A stretch of DNA of 64,000 nucleotides, from the NCBI GenBank assembly GCA_044070495.1, contig JBIPSI010000012.1:64001-128000 (forward strand), written 5' to 3'. Under the pieces are notes generated by a model. It saw nothing but the letters and a program-made list of their open reading frames with translations, ran no database searches and was not told where the DNA came from. The position numbers and the translations under genes were made by a program. Source of the DNA: Spirulina sp. Its GTDB lineage: Bacteria; Cyanobacteriota; Cyanobacteriia; Phormidesmidales; Phormidesmidaceae. Shown here piece by piece: positions 57,169 to 64,000 of this stretch. Each line of letters begins with the position of its first letter. Position 1 is the stretch's first letter.

Positions 57169-58110
57169 TCAAATTTTGACATTTCGATTTTCGATAATTC
57201 TTTGGCAAGCATACTGAATGGTCTGCCTCAACCAAAGGTTTTCAAAATTTTGATCGTCAAGCGAATTCCAAATCATGGATATTGACCAAGGCGATAAATT
57301 GAGTGGAATATCGAATGTCTGCAGGGAATAGTGCCGAGTAACATGGGCTGCCATACAGGAGGGGATAGCTACTAACAGATCAGAAGACTCGATGGCCGAA
57401 GGTAAGGCAAACCAGAAGGGAACCGTGAGGGCAATGCGTCGTTTTAACCCCTGATTAGCTAGGGCTTGATCGATGATCCCAGTATCATCTCGCCGTAACG
57501 TAAATAGCGCATGGGGAAAAACAACAAAATCCTCTAAGCTTATCACCCCATTCTTTAGCGCCGAGTGTCCGCTACGGGCAATACCAACAAACTTCTCTGA
57601 CAGTAGCGTTTGTTGAAGAATATAGGGCGGTAAATCATCGAACGTTCCTACGGCCACATCCACCTTGTCGTTTTCGATTGACTTAACCAGTGATTCCTTT
57701 TCCACTGGTAGAAAGCGTAGATTTATCAGTGGAGCTTGATGGCTGAGAATGTCTAGTAACACTGGGAGAATCATGCTGGCAAAATAATCTGATGTGGCAA
57801 CGGTGAAGGTTTTCTGCGAAGAGGCCGGATCAAAGGTCTGCGGATCAGCCAATGTGGCCCGAATCGTGTCTAGGGCAGAGATCACCTGTGGCGCGATCTC
57901 CACGGCCCTAGACGTTGGCTTCATTTCTCGCCCTACACGCACAAATAATTCATTGCCAAAGAGTGCGCGCAATCGCCCTAGTGCTGCACTCATCGCGGGT
58001 TGCCCGATGTGAATATGTCGAGCAGCGAGGGTAACACTTTGATGGATGTACAAGGCCTCGAAGGCGACGAGGAGATTGAGATCCACGGCACCAAGCTCAA
58101 TCGATTTCAT
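57169..58110 (-). CDS. LysR-family transcriptional regulator
   Basis: DLNLLVAFEAL...SVTLAA...QPAMSAALGRLR...LFVR. Confidence 0.93.
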   Translation of the reverse strand: MKSIELGAVDLNLLVAFEALYIHQSVTLAARHIHIGQPAMSAALGRLRALFGNELFVRVGREMKPTSRAVEIAPQVISALDTIRATLADPQTFDPASSQKTFTVATSDYFASMILPVLLDILSHQAPLINLRFLPVEKESLVKSIENDKVDVAVGTFDDLPPYILQQTLLSEKFVGIARSGHSALKNGVISLEDFVVFPHALFTLRRDDTGIIDQALANQGLKRRIALTVPFWFALPSAIESSDLLVAIPSCMAAHVTRHYSLQTFDIPLNLSPWSISMIWNSLDDQNFENLWLRQTIQYACQRIIENRNVKI

Positions 58111-58269
58111 TGATTTCAAGAATCTCTATAATCAATTTGATTTATCCTAATCTTGCCACTATTCTAATTTTTAAACAAGCTTTTCTAGATACAGGAGCGA
58201 TAGTTCCTATGACTGACTGCGCAAATTATTTTGCTAAATTCGCTACGGATTGAGGTTGAGGTAAAAGTC

Positions 58270-59166
58270 ATGCAATTACCTGATATCTATGCTGAAACAC
58301 CTGTTTCTTTGCTGTCTGCCCAGTCCGTTGCAACATTTCCTGTGAATACATTTCTAGAAAATTTGGTGATCCTTCCCTCGGGTGAAATCTATCTTACTAA
58401 CCACGAAGCTGGGGCGGTTGTTCAGGTAAATCTAGATGGTCACTGGACGACCTATGCTCAACTCAGCGGCAAAGTCAGCGGCATTGCCTGGATTGAGCCA
58501 GATCAGTTCCTCGTCAATGGCTGGAATGCAGACGGTGTTCCCTTTCTTGCCGTGTTATCAGAGGGTGAGGTGCAATTCCTCCAGACGTTACCACAGGCCC
58601 AGTTTCTCAATGGCATCACGCCATTGTCTCCCCGCCATTACCTGATAGCCGATTCCTATCGAGGCGCAATCTGGTCGTTTGATCTCTCCACCCAAATCGT
58701 TGATCTTTGGTTGGAACATCCTCTCCTCGCTCGCAGTGATGCGACTAGCCTGTTTCCAGCCGTTAATGGCATCAAGCGTTTTGGCAAGAGTCTCTATGCC
58801 TCTAATACCCAGCGGATGTTGCTATTGCAGATTCCATTAGATGAGAGCCTCAAACCACAAGAGCCAGAGATTGTCATCGAAGGAACCAATATTGACGATT
58901 TTGCCTTTGATAGTCACGGCAATCTCTATGGCGCTACCCATGTTTACAACAGTGTGATTCGCATTGATCGCGATCACCATACGACTATCATTGCCCAGGC
59001 AGAACAGGGGGTCACAGGTTGCACGGCTGTTGCCTTCCATGGCACTGATTTATACGTTGTCAATAATGGCGGGATGTTTTTACCCCCTAAAACTGGAGTG
59101 GAACCCGCTCAGGTGGTTCGTCTAGCGGTTGGTGTGAATGGTGCGCCCTTGTTAAGCAAAGGCTAG
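58270..59166 (+). CDS. SMP-30/gluconolactonase-like beta-propeller protein
   Basis: [31 protein letters not shown]. Confidence 0.75.
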   Translation: MQLPDIYAETPVSLLSAQSVATFPVNTFLENLVILPSGEIYLTNHEAGAVVQVNLDGHWTTYAQLSGKVSGIAWIEPDQFLVNGWNADGVPFLAVLSEGEVQFLQTLPQAQFLNGITPLSPRHYLIADSYRGAIWSFDLSTQIVDLWLEHPLLARSDATSLFPAVNGIKRFGKSLYASNTQRMLLLQIPLDESLKPQEPEIVIEGTNIDDFAFDSHGNLYGATHVYNSVIRIDRDHHTTIIAQAEQGVTGCTAVAFHGTDLYVVNNGGMFLPPKTGVEPAQVVRLAVGVNGAPLLSKG

Positions 59167-59170
59167 AACC

Positions 59171-59722
59171 ATGCACACCGATCCTCCCGTAACCGTAGAT
59201 GTGGTACAGCGCGTCAGACCGAGCAAGGAGCGAGACTTTGAAGTGCTATTAGAGCACATTATCAGTACGGCTAGCACCTTTGAAGGGTATCTAGGGTCAT
59301 CGGTATTTCGCCCTAGCCTACCAAATGACGGCGAATACCGCATCGTCTTCAAGTTTGACCGCTTAGAAAACCTGAAACGATGGGAACATTCCTCAGTCCG
59401 CCAGCGCCTTCTGACCGAGGTTCGTCATTTCACCGTAGATGCTGGTACATTCTCAATTATTACCGGGCTGGAAACCTGGTTCACGCTGCCCGCAAAGCCA
59501 GGGATACCGCCCCCACCGCGCTACAAAATGGTGCTGGTTTCCGGCATCGCCATTTTTGGCATTAATCAAATCTTGGCTATTTTGCCCCTGGCGTGGTTGG
59601 AGCAGTTACCGCCTGGAATCCACCTTCTAATTCTGGTTTTTCTAACAACCACACTGATGACCTACGTTGTGATGCCAAGGCTCACAAAGCTGTTGGCCTG
59701 GTGGTTGTATCCCCAACGTTAA
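59171..59722 (+). CDS. ABM-domain membrane protein
   Basis: FEGYLG, VFKFD..ENLKRWE.S, GLETWF, PPRYKM, LMTYVVMP. Confidence 0.8.
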   Translation: MHTDPPVTVDVVQRVRPSKERDFEVLLEHIISTASTFEGYLGSSVFRPSLPNDGEYRIVFKFDRLENLKRWEHSSVRQRLLTEVRHFTVDAGTFSIITGLETWFTLPAKPGIPPPPRYKMVLVSGIAIFGINQILAILPLAWLEQLPPGIHLLILVFLTTTLMTYVVMPRLTKLLAWWLYPQR

Positions 59723-59751
59723 ACATTGCCGTCAATCAAGGAGAAATCATC

Positions 59752-60402
59752 ATGGCTAACTTATGCGCGATTGTTGGCATGGGCGAAGGCAATGGCATGG
59801 CAATCGCCCGTCGATTTGCCAAGGAAGGATTTGAGATCGCCATGCTGGCAAGGAATGAGCAAAAGCTTCAGGGGTATCAAGCCACCTTGCAAGCTGAAGG
59901 CATTGCTTCGCATTACTTCCTCGCCGATGCGGGGGATGAAGCTGCTCTCACCGCCGCCTTTACCCGTATCCAAAATCAGTTGGGAACACCAGCAGTACTC
60001 ATCTACAACGCTGCCGTACCCCGAATGGAAAACATCCTCCAAACAACCTACGAAACACTCGTGAACGACTTTCGAGCAAATGTCGCAGGGGCAATGGTTT
60101 CTGTTCAATCTGTCCTGCCAGGGATGCAACAGCAACAAAGCGGCACGATTTTGCTAACCGGAGGCGGATTTTCCCTCTATCCTCAGCCTGATTTTGTATC
60201 ACTATCCATTGGCAAGGCGGGAATTCGTGTCCTAGCAAATACCCTTCATGAAGCTCTCAAAGACTCACCGATTAAAGTCGGAACCGTCACCATCTGCGGC
60301 ACCGTCAACGGTGAAGACCCCAAGTACAGTAGCGATCTCATTGCCGAAGAGTACTGGAAATTGCATATTACCGAGGGTGCAGAGTACGAAATTGTTTATT
60401 AG
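59752..60402 (+). CDS. Short-chain dehydrogenase/reductase
   Basis: IVGMGEGNGMAIARRFAKEG, LIYNAA, ILLTG. Confidence 0.9.
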   Translation: MANLCAIVGMGEGNGMAIARRFAKEGFEIAMLARNEQKLQGYQATLQAEGIASHYFLADAGDEAALTAAFTRIQNQLGTPAVLIYNAAVPRMENILQTTYETLVNDFRANVAGAMVSVQSVLPGMQQQQSGTILLTGGGFSLYPQPDFVSLSIGKAGIRVLANTLHEALKDSPIKVGTVTICGTVNGEDPKYSSDLIAEEYWKLHITEGAEYEIVY

Positions 60403-61098
60403 CTAAACTGCGCAACCCCTTGCAGATGACATCAAGCTGAACCGCGAACGCCGTCGAGTACGATGTCGTCGAGCTAGCGGTGTTCGTCGGCTCCAGCGAG
60501 ATTGTTCTTCCGAAGTTTCGAGATTTTAGCCTATACTTTCAAGCATTTGTACTACTGCGGAAGGGAAACTCATTATACTGACTCTTTCCTTGTACCTGCC
60601 TCCTCTGAAGTAGTTATCCCGATGTTTTTCGTATAATTCACCCTAGGTAGGGAGTTATATCGACAGTTTCCGTGCGGTACACCTGGGTCGGACAATTGTA
60701 CGGAAACCTTCTAGAAACATTCAGATTTCAATCGCATGGGAATACCCTGCGGCTGGCATCGGCAACCTGAGTACACCTACTCTGCGATAGCCTTCTCTCC
60801 TCAGCGGTTTGATCAAGGTCATCAGGTGCTGGGGGGCAGACATTACTTTTACGAAAAAGCCATATTTAGTGGACTTAAGTGCTTTGTTACCCTCCCCTTC
60901 GATGGAGCCACCGGGGGAGATAGAGGGCGTTGCAAAATGATGACAATATTCCCACCGTGCAGGAGTGGTTGGGGCCCAAGGCTGTGCAGACCTCCCACCA
61001 TTCCACCCTGCCCCCTACCGACTGCCCCCACTTTTAGTTACTCTTTGTAAAGATCCCTGTAAAGACTCCCCGCCATCCTTCACCTTTGGAGACCTTCC

Positions 61099-62829
61099 AT
61101 GCTGCGTTTAGAGCACATCAGCAAAATTTATCCCACCGGGGAAGTTCTCAAGGATGTGAACTGGGAGGTGAAACCAGGGGATCGCATCGGCCTAGTGGGG
61201 GTGAACGGAGCGGGAAAATCCACCCAACTCAAGATCATCACTGGAAAAGAGGAGCCCACGGCGGGGGCGATTGTGCGGGCACCGAGTTTGAAGATTGCCT
61301 ACCTGTCCCAGGAGTTTGAGGTGGATCCTAGCCGCACGGTGCGGGAGGAATTTTGGACGGTGTTCCACGAAGCCAACGAGGTGCAATCGAAGCTGCACCA
61401 TATCCCGGCGCTGATGGAGCAGGCCGATCCCGACGAGTTGGACAAGCTAATCCACGAGATGGACAAGCTGCAACGGCGGTTTGAGGCCATGGACGGCTAC
61501 GGGTTAGAGGCTCGCATCGAGAAAATTTTGCCGGAGATGGGCTTTGCGCCGGGGGATGGCGACCGCTACGTCAGCGAATTTAGCGGCGGCTGGCAGATGC
61601 GGATGGGCCTAGGCAAAATTTTGCTGCAAAAGCCCGACATCCTGCTGATGGACGAACCGACCAACCACCTGGATTTGGACACCATCGAGTGGCTGGAGAT
61701 CTATTTAAAAGGACTGACCACGCCGATGGTGATCGTTTCCCACGACCGGGAATTTTTGGATCGCCTCTGCACCCAAATTGTGGAAACCGAGCGGGGCGTT
61801 TCGACCACCTACCTGGGCAACTACAGCGCCTACCTGCTGCAAAAGGAAGAAAACCAGGCCGCCCAACTCAGCGCCTACGAGCGGCAGCAGAAGGAACTGG
61901 CCAAGCAGGAAGCCTTTGTGGAAAAATTCCGAGCCAGCGCCACCCGCAGCACCCAGGCCAAAAGCCGCGAGAAACTGCTGGATAAAGTTGAGCGCATCGA
62001 AGCCCCAGAAGGCTCGGTGCGGACGCTGCATTTTCGCTTTCCTCCGGCCCCCCGCAGCGGTCGTGAAGTGGTAATGATCGAAGACCTGACCCACACCTAC
62101 GACGAGAAAATTCTGTTCCTGGGGGCAAATTTGCTGATTGAGCGGGGGGATCGGATCGCCTTTTTGGGCCACAACGGAGCCGGAAAGTCCACCCTGCTGC
62201 GCCTGATTGCCGGACTGGAACCCCCCACCGACGGCAAGGTGACCATGGGGGCGCACAACGTCATCCCCAGCTACTTTGAACAAAACCAGGCGGAAGCCCT
62301 GGATCTCGACAAAACCGTCCTGGAAACCGTCCACGACGAAGTGCCCGACTGGACGAACGAAGAAGTGCGTACCCTGCTAGGGCGCTTCCTATTTAGCGGC
62401 GACATGGTGTACAAACAGGTGAACGCCCTCAGCGGTGGGGAAAAGGCCCGCCTTGCCCTGGCCAAGATGCTGCTGCGTCCTGCCAACCTGATGATGCTGG
62501 ACGAACCCACCAACCACCTCGACATTCCCGCCAAGGAAATGCTAGAGGAAGCCCTGCAACACTACGACGGCACCGTGCTGCTGGTCTCCCACGACCGCTA
62601 CTTTATCTCCCGCGTGGCCACCAAAATCGTAGAAATCCGCGATGGCGAACTGCGCCTCTACCGGGGCGACTACCACTACTATTTGGACAAAATTGCCGAA
62701 GAAGCCGCCGCCGAACAGCAAGCCGCCCTAGAAGCCGAGCGCCAAGCCAAGGCCGCAGCCAAGCGCCAAAAGCAACAGGAAAAGCTGAAGGAAAAGCAGA
62801 CCGCCAAAGCTGGAAAACCCCAATCCTAG
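61099..62829 (+). CDS. ABC-F family ATPase
   Basis: Two ABC cassettes (GVNGAGKST/FSGGW/DEPTNHLD and GHNGAGKST/LSGGE/DEPTNHLD), no TM segments. Confidence 0.95.
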   Translation: MLRLEHISKIYPTGEVLKDVNWEVKPGDRIGLVGVNGAGKSTQLKIITGKEEPTAGAIVRAPSLKIAYLSQEFEVDPSRTVREEFWTVFHEANEVQSKLHHIPALMEQADPDELDKLIHEMDKLQRRFEAMDGYGLEARIEKILPEMGFAPGDGDRYVSEFSGGWQMRMGLGKILLQKPDILLMDEPTNHLDLDTIEWLEIYLKGLTTPMVIVSHDREFLDRLCTQIVETERGVSTTYLGNYSAYLLQKEENQAAQLSAYERQQKELAKQEAFVEKFRASATRSTQAKSREKLLDKVERIEAPEGSVRTLHFRFPPAPRSGREVVMIEDLTHTYDEKILFLGANLLIERGDRIAFLGHNGAGKSTLLRLIAGLEPPTDGKVTMGAHNVIPSYFEQNQAEALDLDKTVLETVHDEVPDWTNEEVRTLLGRFLFSGDMVYKQVNALSGGEKARLALAKMLLRPANLMMLDEPTNHLDIPAKEMLEEALQHYDGTVLLVSHDRYFISRVATKIVEIRDGELRLYRGDYHYYLDKIAEEAAAEQQAALEAERQAKAAAKRQKQQEKLKEKQTAKAGKPQS

Positions 62830-62876
62830 GCGATCCCCGCTTTCAATCCCTCAGTTCCTCTCCCAAGTAGGCTACT

Positions 62877-63046
62877 GACTACCGTTGATCCATGCGCCTT
62901 TAGTCTGCTTTGTACCAAGCGTTGATCCCCCCTAGCCCCCCTTGAAAAGGGGGGAATTCGATTCAAAGTCCCCCTTCCCAAGGGGGATTGAGGGGGATCC
63001 CACAGGCATGACGGTATGAGAACAAGCTGTGTATGAGCCGTAGCCC
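62877..63046. mobile_element. MITE-like element, same family as the inner element at 6997-7165
   Basis: Left end GACTACCGTTGATCCAT vs GACTATCGCTTATCCAT; right end AACAAGCTGTGTATGAGCCGTAGC vs AACAAGATTTGTATAAGCTGTAGC; shared hairpin core. Confidence 0.7.
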
Positions 63047-63434
63047 AAGGGCTGATCGTCTGCATCCGTAGCCTAGGCAATGATCCCCGCCCTGGGGGTA
63101 CCGCATGGCACAGGGGCAAATGTTGGGCAGATTATAAAAATTGGCGGTTGTAGAGTAAAATCCCTCTTATAAAACTTTTATAAAGCCCGTTTTAACCAAT
63201 TTTTCTATCTTTCCGACCCTGTGCCCAAGGCTATCTTCCCTGGGTGTAGCCCCCCAAATGCCAGTATCTTCTCCCTGGCTAGGTCAAGGGCTTTCAGGTC
63301 TGTTTCAAAGCATAGGATTCGCCAGGATGTGCGGCTCTAGCCGTTTAGGAAAACGCCTTTTCCAGGCGATATCCCCTAAAATGCCAATGCTATGATCGCT
63401 GAGACGCTAGTCACAATCACAAGGATTCTCACCC

Positions 63435-64000
63435 ATGAATCAGACGTCTGTGCCGCCGATGGTGCTCATTATTCTCGATGGTTGGGGATATCGAGACACC
63501 GCAGATGGTAATGCCGTTGCTACCGCCAAGACGCCTGTGATGGACAGCCTTTGGGCCGCCTATCCCCACACCCTGATCCGCACCTCCGGTAAGGATGTTG
63601 GTCTGCCCGACGGGCAAATGGGCAACTCGGAAGTGGGCCACCTGAACATTGGTGCAGGCCGCATTGTGCCCCAGGAACTGGTCAGAATTTCCGATGCCGT
63701 GGAAGATGGCACCCTGCAAGAAAACGAAGCCCTGCTGAAGGTGTGTCAGACGGTGCGCTACCAGAAAAGCAAGCTGCACCTGATCGGGTTGTGTTCCGAG
63801 GGCGGGGTTCACTCCCACCTCAACCACCTGTTTGGCCTGATTGACATGGCCAAGGCCCAAGACATCGATGAAGTCTGCATCCATGTCATCACCGATGGCC
63901 GCGATACGAAACCCACGGAGGGTAAAAACGCCATCCAAAAAATTCAGGATTACGTCGATCAAGCCGGACTCGGTCGCCTCGTCACCATCAGCGGGCGCTA
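63435..64000 (+). CDS. gpmI: 2,3-bisphosphoglycerate-independent phosphoglycerate mutase, partial (absent from ORF track)
   Basis: MVLIILDGWG, VGLPDGQMGNSEVGHLNIGAGR, GGVHSH, TDGRDT. Confidence 0.96.
   Translation, partial: MNQTSVPPMVLIILDGWGYRDTADGNAVATAKTPVMDSLWAAYPHTLIRTSGKDVGLPDGQMGNSEVGHLNIGAGRIVPQELVRISDAVEDGTLQENEALLKVCQTVRYQKSKLHLIGLCSEGGVHSHLNHLFGLIDMAKAQDIDEVCIHVITDGRDTKPTEGKNAIQKIQDYVDQAGLGRLVTISGR

Noticed and set aside
60403..61098. Small ORFs or an ncRNA in the long intergenic region
   Set aside because: No recognisable motifs, coding bias or RNA structure that I can support

Overview
GC-rich window from a filamentous cyanobacterium (Leptolyngbya/Nodosilinea-like; inferred from xisH/xisI, DUF1822, DUF928 and cyanobacterial repeat families). 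1-22.8 kb: divergent surface-polysaccharide cluster with many glycosyltransferases, an Stf0-type sulfotransferase, Wzm/Wzt, Wza, a Wzc-like protein with degenerate kinase motifs, a Wzy-like protein and WecA. 23-29 kb: tightly linked HTH-NACHT / hybrid histidine kinase / response regulator. 29-32 kb: polA. 33-44 kb, the most interesting part: a minus-strand operon encoding a divergent sigma-70-like protein, DUF1822, a membrane CHAT(caspase-like)-CHASE2 protein and a secreted DUF928 protein, followed by an array of small secreted proteins. A fixed-spacing bipartite motif TGAATARG-N12-AGMAMTA occurs five times: once upstream of the sigma-like gene and four times in the secreted-gene array. This suggests a protease-controlled alternative-sigma signalling system with its own local regulon (inference). 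44-56 kb: toxin-antitoxin genes and debris, an AT-rich gene pair, xisHI, a tubulin-like protein and miaB. 56-64 kb: LysR module, ABC-F and the 5' part of gpmI. All family calls come from motif recognition by eye; no database searches were run.
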